Origin: an uncultured delta proteobacterium | GTDB lineage: Bacteria; Myxococcota; Myxococcia; Myxococcales; Anaeromyxobacteraceae | Assembly: GCA_963814585.1 (NCBI GenBank) | Contig: CAWFDF010000012.1 | Span: 32,001 to 96,000, forward strand | DNA: 64,000 nucleotides | Reading direction: 5' to 3' | In this document: positions 7,463 through 19,400 of the stretch, one piece after another | Numbering within the stretch: position 1 is the first letter of the stretch | Layout of the letters: each line of letters begins with the position of its first letter | Position numbers and translations under genes: made by a program | Notes under the pieces: model-generated | The model's input: only the letters and a program-made list of their open reading frames with translations | What the model was told of the DNA's origin: nothing | The model's database searches: none

Positions 7463-10400
7463 TCAGGCGGGCGTCACGGCCGCGAGGCCGAGCTGTTCCC
7501 GGAGTTCTGCATAATCCTCCGAGATGCAGAAGTTCGATAGATCCTTCAGCTTCGTCTCGTCGCGCAGCTTGGAGACCTGCGCCTTCTCGCCCAGCACGCC
7601 CCGCCGCACGATCTCCAGGTCGGCGGCCAGGAGCGCCCCCACCCGGTTGGAGGTGAGCTCGGCGCCGTCCAGGTAGGCGCGCACGTCGCCGGGGTGCTGG
7701 ACCTCGCAGTACTGGCGCGCCAGCAGCTTGAGCGTGTTGGCGCGGACCTTCTCCGGGAGCACCTTCTCCAGCTCGGTCTTCAGCTTGGCGACCAGGTGGG
7801 AGTCGGCGGTGACCACGAACTTCGACGTGCCCACGCTGCAGGCCGCCTGGAAGACCAGGTCGAGCTGGTCGTGGGGCATGAGCCTCGCCATGTAGAGCTC
7901 GGGCCGCCGGAAGGCCAGCGCCTTGCCGAGCGCGAACCAGAGCTCCTTCTTGGGCCGGTCGGAGAAGAGCTCCTCCGCCACCAGCACGCCCGGCGGCTCG
8001 GTCGGCACCAGCTGCAGCCGGCAGGGGACCTCGGCGCGCCGGAAGAGCCGCAGCGGCTCGACCCCCAGGGTGCGGGCCACGTACTTGAACATGTTGACCA
8101 GGAACAGCATCGAGCCGGGGACGTCCACCTCGTCCTTCTTGACGTTGATCCCCAGCTCCTTCGGGCTCTGCACGAACATGGGGCGGGCGTGGAGGGCCAG
8201 CAGCGCCATGACGTCGGCCAGCGGGCCGCGCAGCCGCTCGTGGAGCAGGCGCCCCCAGTGCGTGTCGTCGAGGGGGCGCGCCGCCTGGTCGCGCGCGAAC
8301 TTGCGCAGCCGCGCCACCACCGCCACGTCCTCGGGCGTGGCCTGCCCCGCCAGGTGGACCAGCACCTGCGCCGCCGAGTAGGCCCGGTCGTACTGCTTGC
8401 GGGTGGCGTGGAGCGAGACCAGCGCGCCCAGTGCCTTCTGCGGCTTGGCCCCCAGCTTGAGGAGCTGGCGGTAGGCCTGCGTCGCCTCGGCCTCCTGCCC
8501 CGGGGTCCGCGCCGAGAGGTCGGCGTACAGCTCCACCGCCACCGCGTCCTCGGGATCGGCGCGCGACACCACCTGGTAGGCCATGCGGGCGCCGTCGTCG
8601 CTCTTGAGCACGTTGCGGTAGAGGTCGCCGAGCGTCTTCCAGAGGGCCAGCCGCGCCGGGGCGGCGTCGGCGGACTTGGGGAGGCGCTGCACCATGCGCA
8701 GGTAGGCCTGCTCCAGCTCGGCCCAGCGCTTCCCCCGGCCCAGCACCTGCTCGATCCAGGCGAACGCCTGGGGGAGCCGCGGGTTGAGGTCGAGCGCCTT
8801 CTCGAACTGAGCCAGCGCCCCGGCCTCGTCCTTCACCTCGTCGCGCAGGATCTCGGCCAGCAGGACGTGGAGCCTGGCGGCGCGGGGCGGATCGGCCTGC
8901 ACCTCGGGCCGGGCGATGATCTGCGCCAGCACGTCGGCCGCCTTCTGACCCTGCCGCGTCTCGCGGTAGAGGGCCAGCAGCGCCTCGGTGACCGGCGCGT
9001 CGGTCGGGTCGAGCCGGGAGGCGCCCAGGAGGGCGTCGATGGCCTGGTAGGGATCCTTGAGGTGGTCGCGGCAGGCCTGCCCGATGGCCACCAGGGCCTC
9101 GAAGCGGGCCCGCCCCTCCAGCGCCGGCAAGAGGCGCTGGCGCTGCTCCACCGCCCCCTCCCAGTCACCGGCCGCCTCCAGCAGCCGGATCAGGCTGCGG
9201 CGCGAGGGCTCGTGGCCGCCGTCCAGCTCCAGCGCCTTCTTGAAGCTGCCGATGGCGCGGTCGGGCTGCTGCAGCTTCTCCGCCACCTCGCCGATCTGCC
9301 AGTGGGTCTCCACCACCTCCAGGTCGGTGAGCTGGTCACGGTGGTGGATGATGATGGCGGTGAAGATCCGCAGCGCCTCCTCGAACAGCCCCTCCGCCAC
9401 CAGCAGGTTGCCCAGCCCCTCCAGCGCCGGCAGGTAGGTGGCGTCGAGCTCGTAGGCGCGCCGGTAGCTCCGCAGCGCCTGGTCGCGCTGCCCGAGCTTC
9501 TCGGCCACGTAGCCCTGCCGGTAGCTCTGGCGGCAGAGCTCCTTGGCGTCGCCGCCGCCCTCCAGGGACCGGACGATGGACTCCAGCACGCGGGCCGCGT
9601 CCGTCCAGCGCTGCAGGCCGACGTAGAGGTCCGAGAGCGGTCGAGCCGCCGGCAGGTGGCCCGGCACGAGCTTCAGGGCCTCCTCGTAGGCGCGCGCCGC
9701 CCCCTCGCGATCGTCGCGCTCCTCCTGGAGGATCCGCCCCACCTCGGTCCAGCGGTCGGCCCGCTGCGCCTCGTCCTCGGCGTAGCGCGCCTCGGCCGTG
9801 AGCAGCTCGAGGTAGCCGTCGCGGTTCCCTTCCCGCTCGGCGATCCCCTTCATGGCCCGCAGCGCCGGCAGGCAGCCCGGGTCCAGCGCCAGCGCCTTGC
9901 CGTAGGCCTCCCTGGCCGCGCCGAGGTCGAGCAGCATGTCCTCGTCGATGGCGCCGATGCGGACGTAGATCTCGACCGCGTCGGGGCTGGCGCCCGCGAT
10001 GCGGCCCTCGCGCTGCAGCATCTCCAGCGCCAGGTTCCAGTTGCCGCTGCGCTCGTAGAGCCGGCCCAGGGCCGCCACCGCCTGCCGCGACTCGGGGTCG
10101 AGCTGGATGGCCCGGGTGAAGGTGGCCTCGGCCCGGTCGACGCGCGACATCTCCTTCCACCAGACGTCGCCGATGCTCACCATCAGCGCCACCTGCTCCT
10201 TGCGATCGGTGAGCAGGTCGAGGTGGTGCGCCATGACGGTCAGCAGCCGGTCGAAGAGCCCCTGCTCCCGGTAGAGCCGCTCCAGCGCCTTGATGGCCGG
10301 GATGTTGCCGCCCTCGATGCGGAGGATGGCCTCGTTCTGCTGCGTGGCCCGCGCCGGGTCGTGCATCTTCTCCTCGAAGATGCCGGCGCTCCGGGCCAGG

Positions 10401-13400
10401 ACGCGGACCTGCTCGGCCGGATCGGTGGAGAGCTGGACCTGCCGCTCGTAGACGCGGTTCAGCTCGGCGAACCGGTCGAGCTTGGTGTAGAGCCGCTCCA
10501 GCCCGGCCAGCGCCGCGGCGTTCCGGTCGTCGAGCCCGAGCACGGTCCGGTAGTCCTCCACCGCGGCCTCGTCGTCGCCGATCTCGTTCTCGTCGAGGCC
10601 GGCGATCTGCAGCTGCCAGCCGAGGCGGGCGGCGTCGTCGCCGGCCAGGTCTCGCGCCCGGGACAGCACCGCGGCCAGCTCGCCCCATCGGTGCTCGCGC
10701 CGGAAGATGGCCGCCAGCGCCTCGAGCGCGGCCGGGTCGCCGCCGTCCAGCTCGAGGATCCGCCGGAGCGCGGTCACCGCCTCGTCGACGTCGTGGAGCA
10801 CGCCGTCGTAGAGGCGCGAGACCTCCAGCAGCAGCCCCTTCTTCTCGTCGAGCCCGGCCGCCGACTCCAGCTTCTGCTCGATGGTGATCACCAGCTCCTG
10901 GATGCGGCCGCGGCGCTTGAAGAAGTCGGCCAGCGCGTCGAGGACCTCGGGGTTGGCCGGGTCGGCCTCGAGCGCCCGCCGGATGGCGTTCTCCGCCCCC
11001 TCGGCGTCGTCGAGCGGCGGGGCGTCGAGCAGCTGCCCCAGCTTGAGCAGCAACCTGGCCCGCACCATGCCCCGGGCCTTGTCGGCGGCGTCCTCGATCA
11101 CCACCGCCAGGGTGTCCTGGTCCTTGCCCTCGTGGGCCAGCCGCCAGCACTCCGAGAGCGCCTGCTCGTCGCCCGGGGCCTCGCCGAGCACGCGGTTCCA
11201 GGCCAGCGAGGCCATGTGCTTCTCGCCGAGCCGCTGCTCCCGGAGGACCGCGACCTCCTTCAGCAGCGCCAGCCGCTCCTCCGGATCGGCGTGCGGCGCG
11301 AAGAGCAGGCAGAGATCGGCGTAGGCCCGCCAGTTGCCGGCGGCGGCGTGGAGGTCCCGCAGCTGCAGGAAGGCCGGCCGGTTCCCGGCGTCGAGCGCCA
11401 GCACCTTCTCCAGGGCCGAGGCCGCCGCGTCGGGCCGCTTCTGCACGGCCCAGAGCTCGGCCACCGCCAGCCAGGCCGGGATGGCCTCGGCCGGCCCACC
11501 GCTCTGCGCCAGGGCCGCGGCGCGCGCCTCGGCGGCGCGGATGCCGTCGGCGGCCGCGCCCGCCGTCCGGAAGACCTCCTCGATCCGGACCAGCTCCTCG
11601 ATGCCGTGGGGCTCGATGCCGAAGGCCAGCTTCGCCTGCTCCACCGCCGCCAGCTTCTGCCCGGCCCGCACCAGCACCTCGGCCAGCTCGAGCCGGATCC
11701 GCTTCACGCCGGCCGGCTCCTCCTGCCGGGGGATGAGCTGGCGCAGCGTCCCGGCCAGCCCCTCCAGGTCCCCCTGCGCCGCGTAGATGTCTCGCAGCGA
11801 CTCCAGCGCGCGCTTGTTGGACGAGTCGGAGGCCAGCACCGCCTTGTAGGACTGGATGGCCTGCGCCGGGTCGCCCAGCTTCACGCCCATGAGCCAGCCC
11901 AGCTTGTCGTTGAGCCGGGTCACCTCGCGCCGGTCCACGGTGGCGCCGATGCAGACGCGCAGGTGCGCCGCCAGCTCGCTCCACCGCTCCAGCTGCTGCA
12001 GCAGCTGCTCGAGGGCCGCCAGCGCCTCCTCGTGGCGGGCCCGCAGCGCCAGCACCGCGCGCCAGAGCTCGACCGCCTCCTCGGGGCGCCCCAGCTCGGT
12101 GGCCAGCGTCGCCTGCCTGGCCAGCAGCCGCTCGCGCGTGGCGCCGTCGTTCACCACCGCCCGCTGCGCCGCCAGGTTGTCGAACAGCTCGGCCTTGCGG
12201 CCGGCCGCCTCGTAGAGCTGCTCCAGCGCCTGCAGCGACGGCAGGTGGCGCGGATCGACCGCCAGGGCCTGCTCGTAGGCCCGGGCCGCCTGGTCGGGCG
12301 CCGCCAGCCGTTCCTCGCAGAGCCGGCCGAGCCGGTAGAGGTACGGCACCCGATCGCCGCCGATCGCCTCCAGGGCCAGCGCCTGCAGCACCCCGGCCAG
12401 GGCCGGCCAGTCCTCGAGGCGCTGGTGGAGCCGCTCCAGCGCCGGGAGCGCCACCCTCGAGGTGGTGGGGTCGAGGGACCAGGCCCGCTGGTACCACTGG
12501 GCCGCCTGCGGCGGGCCGTCGAGCTGCTCCTCGTGGAGCCGCCCCAGCACCAGCGCCGCCGCGGCCATGGGGGCCGGCGGGAGCTTGTCGATCTCGTCCT
12601 CGTAGAGCGCCGCCAGCTCCTCGTACTGGCCGGTCCTGGCCGCCAGCGCCTCGATCCGGGCGCGCAGGGCGTCGTCGGCCGGATCGTCGCGGAAGGCGCG
12701 GGAGAGGGCCACGAAGGCCAGCTCGGGCTCCGCCAGCGGCCCGGTGCGCAGGTCGGCCAGCTGCATCCAGAGGGCCTTGCGCTCCTGCCGATCGGGCCTG
12801 GACGAGGCCCGGGTCTCCAGCGCCGCCGCCTGCTGCCGGTGATCGCCGGCCGCGGCGTAGGCCGTCTCCAGCGCCTGCGCGGCGCGCGCGTTCCCGGGAT
12901 CCTTCTCCAGCATGGCGGCGAGCCGGGCCAGGGTCTCCGGGGCGTCGGGACGCGAGGCCAGCACCTCCTCGTAGAGGGCCAGCGCCCCCTCGCGGTCGAG
13001 CAGGCGCGTCTCCTTCAGCTCGCCCAGCCGCTGGCCGAGGACCCGCACGGCCTGGCCGTCGCCGGCCTGCCGCGCCGCCGCCAGCTCGCGGGCCAGCAGG
13101 TCGCCCAGCTCCACCCAGCGCTCGCCCGCCACGTGTAGCCGATCGAGCCGGGCCATGGCCTCCCGGTTCCCCGGGGCCAGCTCCAGCAGCCGCTTCAACG
13201 TGGCCGCGGCCCCGGCCGGATCGCCCAGCCGCTCCTCCTGCAGCACGGCCAGGTCGGCCAGCAGGCTGGCCCGGGCCTCGGGCCGCTCGGCCAGCGCCAG
13301 CGCCCGGCGCAGCGCCTTCTCCAGCGCCTCGGCGTTCGTGCCGCCGCGCAGGGTGTCGAGCAGGCCGGCGCTGGCCTCGCGATCCTCCGGGGCCAGCTCC

Positions 13401-16400
13401 AGCAGCCGCTGCCAGGCCTCGGCGGCCCGCACCGGGTCCGGCTCCAGGCGGGCCAGCTGCCGCTGGTACTCGACCCGGGCGGCCACCTCGTGGGCGCGGT
13501 CGGCGTTGTCGGCGAGCAGCTGCTGGACCTGCTCGCCACACCCGATCTGCTGGCCGTAACCCACCGCCAGGTGGATGGCCTCGATCGAGTCGGGATCGGC
13601 GGTGAGCGCCCTCCCGGCCGCGGCAAAGGCCAGCTCGCCGTTGCGGACCTGGGTGCCGTAGAGCGCCGAGATCCGGCGCAGCAGCCCGGACCGGGCCGAC
13701 GGGTCGGCCTCGTTCTGGACGCGCGCCTCCAGGACCTCGATGAGCCGGGCGTGCTCGTTCTCGGCCGCGTAGATCGGCTCGAGCAGCGTGGCGGCGTCGA
13801 GGGCCGCCGGGCCGCTGGTCCGGGCCAGCTCCTGCAGCGCGCCCAGCGTGCCGGGGTGGCGCGGCGCCCGCTCCAGGACCAGCCGGTAGGCCGCCAGCGC
13901 CCCGGCGGCATCGGAGAGCCGGGTCTGCCGGATGCGGCCGAGCCGGTAGCGCAGCTCGGCCGCCTCGGCGGTGGTGTCGGGGTGGCGCGCGGCGGCGGCG
14001 GCCTCCCGCTCCATCACCGCCGCCAGCTCCTCCCAGCGCTCGGCCACGCCCAGCAGGCGCCCGAGCAGCCGCAGCGCCCCGGGATCCTCCGGATCGATGG
14101 CCAGGATCTTCCGGTACGCCTCGATGGCACCCTCCCGGTCGGCGAGCTGCTCGTCCATGATCTTGGCCACCTCGAAGAGAAGGTCCTTCCTCGCGTCCAG
14201 CCCCGGGGTCGCCTCGGCCAGCCGCACCAGCGTCGCGACCAGCTCGCGCTTCGCCCCCTGCCGCCGGCGCAGGCGCACCAGCGCCGACAACGGCTCCGGC
14301 CCCGGATCGGCCGCAGCCACTTCATCCCACCACGCCACCGCCCGGTCCAGCGCCCCGAGCCGCTCGCCGCAGATGGTGGCCAGGCGGCGGCGCAGCTCCA
14401 GCGCCGCCGGCGCCGGCACCCGGGGCAAGGCCGCCTGGTAGGTCCTGGCCACCGCCTCCCAGGCGGTGGTGTCGCTCGCCAGCCGCTCCAGGTCGGCCCG
14501 CGCCGCCGGGTCGTCGGCGCCGCCGGCCACCGACTCCTCGAAGACCCGGAGCCGGGTGGCGAAGGCGGCTCCGCGGTCCCCGCCGCGCTCGCGCAGGCCG
14601 GCGATCTCGGCGAGCAGCGCCGGCCGGTGCGCCGCCGGGGCCGCCTCCAGGCGGATCTCGAGCAGCATGGCGAGCCGCGCCGGATCCCCGGCCAGGCGCT
14701 GCACGTCCTCGAGGATCCGCTGCGCCTGGGCGCGGGCATCGGGGCGCTGCAGCAGCCGCTCCAGCCCGGCCACGGCGATGGGATCCCGCGGCGACTCGGC
14801 CAGCACCGCCGTGTAGGCGTCGATGGCCCGGTGCGGATCCGGGTCGCGCTCCAGCACCTCGGCACGCCGCGAGAGGATCGCCAGCCGCTCGGCCGGGTCC
14901 CGCTCCCCGGCCAGCTCGGCCATGGCGTGGAGCACCTCGACCCGGGTCGAGTCCCGGCCAGCCCGCGCCAGCGCGTCCTCCAGGGCCGCCAGCACCTCCT
15001 CGTCCTGCGGCGCCTCGAGCCGCGCCTCCGCCAGCGACGAGATCTCCGCCTCGGCGTCGCCGGCCTGGCGCCCGATGTCGGCGGCGTGGCGGAGCGCCGG
15101 GACCCGGGCGTCGCCGGTGGCCAGCGCGGCCCGCCGCAGCGCCATCTCCAGCTGCTCCTGGAACGCCGTGACCTCCGAGTAGCACCGCTCCAGCGCCTCC
15201 AGGGCCTCGCCGTCCTCCGGCTGCGCCTCCAGCACCGCCTTCCAGGCGGCGATGGCCCCGGGACCGTCGCCGAGCTCGGCGTCGCGCACCCGGGCCGCCT
15301 TGCGAAGCCACTCCAGCGCCTCGTCGCCGCCCGCGCCGGCGGCGTCCCGGTAGGCGTCGGCCAGCTCGCCGAGGGCGCCGCCCGCCTCCGCCAGCCGCCG
15401 CAGGTCGGCCTCGGCGTCGGCGCGCCCAGGCCCGCCCTCGGCGAAGGCCCGCCGCGCGGCGAGCCGCGCCGCCTGGCCGTCGCCGAGATCGTGCTCCAGG
15501 ATGGCGCGCACCTCGGCGTGGAGCCGGCCCCGCTCCACCGGCTCGTCCACGCCCGCCAGCCGGGCCTCGCGGATGGCCACGCGGCGCGGGTGATCGCCGG
15601 CGGCCCGCAGCACGACGTCGGCCACGCCCAGGGCCTCTCGCCCCACCGCCCCCGGGAGGGCCGCCAGCAGCACCAGGGCCTCGCGAGGTCCGGGCCGGGC
15701 CGGCTCGCGCCTCGCCAGCTCGGCGTGGAGCGCCAGGGCGCCGGCCGGGTCCTCGAGCCGGGTCCGGCGCAGCTCGGCCAGCCGGAAGGCGGCCTCCGGA
15801 TCGAAGCCGGCGTCGAGCCGGGCCTCCAGCGCCGCCGCCAGGTCGGCGGGGCGATCGAGCGAGGTCAGGATCCGATCGAGGGCCGCCGCCACGTCGCGGT
15901 CCTCGGGCGCCAGCGAGGCCACCTGACGCCACGCCTCGGCCGCGCGCGGCAGGTCGCCGAGCCGCGCCTCGGCCAGGGCGGCGATCTCCCGGAGCGGGTC
16001 CTGGCGGGCCGTCGGCGAGGCGGCCTGGGTGGCGATGGCCTCGCAGACCTCGAGCAGCCTGGGCCACTGCTCGGTGATCCGGTAGAGCCGGCGCAGCGCC
16101 GCCAGCGCTCCCGGATCCCCGGGCGCCACCGCCAGCAGCCGCTCCCAGGCCAGGGCCGCGCGGTCGCGCGCCTCGAGCCGCCGTTCGCACCAGTCGGCCA
16201 GCTCGCGGAGCACCACGGCACGCTCTGGCCCGCCCAGCGCCAGGGCCGCGTCGTCCATGATCCGGGCCGCGACCTCGGGATCGCGGTCGAGATCGGCCAG
16301 CCGCCGCAGCTCCCGCCGCAGCTCGGGATCTCCCGGCCGGGCGCGCACCGCCTCGACCGCCGCGCCCAGCGCCTCGGCCGGCATCGCGCCGGACCTCTCC

Positions 16401-19400
16401 TGGATCGCCGCGACCTCGTGCCATGCCGCCGCGCGCGCCTCGGCCTCGGGATGGACCCGGGCCAGGGCGGCCAGCGCTCGCAGGCGGCCCGCCACGTCGG
16501 CCCGGGCCGCGTAGGCCTCGTGGAGCGCCCGGGCGGCCGCCACCACGACCCTCGGCTCGGGGTCGGCGAGAGCCTGCTCCAGGGCGCCGGTGGCGGCGGC
16601 ATCGGACGGGTTGGCGCCGAGGACGGCCGCCAGCCGGGTCACCGCGCCGGCCTGGTCGCCCAGCCCCGCCGCCAGCCGGGCGCTCTCCATCGAGGCCCGG
16701 GCCGCCTCGGCCGGGTCGTCGGTGCACGCCGCCAGCTCGTTGAGCGCCTGGGCCTGCCCGGCCGGATCGCCCGCCGCCGCCAGCGCCGCGGCCAGCTGGG
16801 AGAGCAGGCGGGGCCGGCTGGCCGGCGCGGCCAGCTCCAGCGCCTCGCGGTACAGCTCGACCGCGGCCGGCGCCCGGTGGAGCCGCTCCTGCAGCACCTC
16901 GGCCTGCTGCGCCAGCAGCACCGATCGCTCGGGTCCCGCGGCGGCCCGGGCCCTCTCGGCCAGCAGCTCGGCCGCCTCGCTCCAGCGCTCCGCGACCAGG
17001 CAGACCCGCGTCAGCCTGGCCAGCACCTCCGGGTCGCCGGGGCGGAGCTCCAGGCAGCGGCGCAGCTGATCGGCGGCGGCGTCGGAGGCTCCCAGCTCCT
17101 CCTCGGCGACCGCGGCGGCCCGGCGGCGCAGCACCGCCTCCTCGTCCGGCCTCCCGTCCAGGCGGCGCGCCGCCTCGTCGAGGAGGGCGTAGAGCTCCCC
17201 CTGCGCGCCCACCCGGTGGGCCAGCAACTCGCAGCGCTTGCGGGCCTCGGTGTGGCCGGGCGCGGCCCGCAGCGCCTCGGCGGCCACGGTGAGCGCCCCC
17301 CGCGCGTCGCCCAGCCGCTCGGCCCGGATCACCGAGGCGTCGAGCAGGTGGCGAGCCCGCTCGCGCGGATCGGCGTCGGCGGGGAGGCGGCGAGCCACCA
17401 GCTCCAGCATCGCCACCTGCTTGGCGTGCTCGCCGCGCGCCGCGTGGATCGGCGCCAGGACCCGGGCGATGCGGAGCGGGTCGAGCCCGCGCGCCAGCAG
17501 CCGCTCCAGCAGCGCCACGGCCTGCTGCTGCTGCGAGGTGGTGACGCCGCCGGCGGAGAGCAGCGCCGTGACCACGCCGGCCGCCTCGCCGTGGCGACCC
17601 AGCGGCTCCACCAGGATGGCGGCCCGCTCGAGCTCCAGCTCGGCCCGCTCCGGAGCGCCGCGGACCAGCGTCGCCAGGTGGGCCAGCACCTGCGTCCGCT
17701 CCTCGGCCGCCACCGCCCCCGGTGTCTCCTCCAGCGCCGCGTGGAGCCCCCAGAGCGCCTCCTGGTCGTCGGTGGAGGCGGCCAGCAGCTCGCGCCAGAT
17801 CTCCGCCGCTGCGGTCCCGCGCCCGGCGCCGCTCAACGCCCTCGCCAGCGCGTAGCCGGAGGCCCGCTTCGCCGGACCCAGCGCCTGGGCATGGGCCGCC
17901 TCCAGCCGGACCAGCTCCTCGCCCTGCTGCCGGGCCCGGGCCTCGCACTCGGCCAGCGCGCCGGCGGCCTCACGGTCGGAGGGATCGAGCGCCGCCAGCT
18001 CGCGCCAGGCCACCGCGGCCGCCTCGGGCTGCCCCAGATCGCGATCCAGCACCTCGCCGGCCCGACGCAGCAGCGCCCGGCGCACCGCCGGATCGCCGGC
18101 CACGGCCTGGGCCGCCGAGCGGAGCGCCCGGCACAGCGCCGGGAGCAGCCCGGCCCGCCGCGCCGTCTCCTCGAGCGCGATCCGGACCGAGCCTCGGCGG
18201 GGGTCCAGCGCCAGGGCGCGCGACAGCGTCCGGAAGGCATCGCCGGGGCGCTCCAGCTGCTCCAGCTCGACGGCGGCCAGCCGCTCCTGCAGCCGGACCC
18301 GCTCGGCGGCGTCGGGCTCCGACGCCACCCGCAGCGCCAGCACCTCGGCCAGCCGGGGCCACTCGCCCCGCTCGGTGAGCAGCGGCACCAGCGCCGCGGC
18401 CGCCGGCGCGTTGCCGGGATCGGCCCGCAGCGCCGCCTCGAGGTGGCGCACCGCCCGCTCGCTGTCCTCGAGCCGCGTCCGCGCCAGCTCGGCGGCGCGC
18501 ACCCGCAGCAGCGCGTGCCCCGCCCTCTCCGGGGTGGCCTCCAGGTGCCGCTCCAGCACCAGCAGCGCGTCGGCGAAGCGGCCGGCATCCGCCAGCTGCT
18601 CGAACGACTGGAGCGCGGCCGTCTCGCAGGCGGGGTCGAGCTCCAGCGCCTTGAGCAGCGAGGCCAGGGCGCCCGGCGCGTCGCCGAGCCGGATCAGCTT
18701 GAGGCGAGCGGCCGTGAGGTGCAGCTGCACCAGGCCGCCGCGATCCCGGGTCGTCGACACCAGCCGCTCCAGCGCCGCGGCCTGGCCCCCGAAGTCCTTG
18801 CGCTCCTCCAGGACCCGCTCCAGCAGCTCGAGCACCGCAGGCTGCCCGGGCACCTGCGCCCAGGCCCGCTCCAGCAGGGCGACGGCGGGCCCGTGGCCGT
18901 CGGGCGCGTAGGCCGCCTGGAGCTGGGCCGCGCGCAGCAGGAGCTCGGCGGCCTCCTTGCGGGGCGCGGTGGCCGCCCGCGCCTCCAGGTCGGCCTCCTC
19001 GTCGCGCCAGCGCCGCGGCACCGCGGCCAGCCGCTCGCGGGCCTCGGCGGCCCCCGGCACCGCCCGGTCCAGCGTCTGCGCCTCGATGAGCGCGTCCATG
19101 GCGATGTCGTGGAAGAGCGCGTGATCGGCCAGCGTGGCGCCCAGCCGCGCGTAGTCCCGGGCCAGCGCCTTCGGCTCGGCATCGGCCTCGCGGGCCCCGT
19201 CGAGCAGCCGCTTGGCCTGCCCGTAGCGCCTCAGCGCCAGGCAGGCGTCGAGGCCGCGGGCGCGCGCCTCGACCAGGCTGGGGTCGAGCCGCACCGCCCC
19301 GGCGTAACGCAGCACCGCCCGGTCGCGCCGCCCCAGCTGCTCCTCGTGAAGCCGTCCGAGCCGCAGCGCCAGCCTGGCGCCCTCGGCCGGCGCGGCCGTG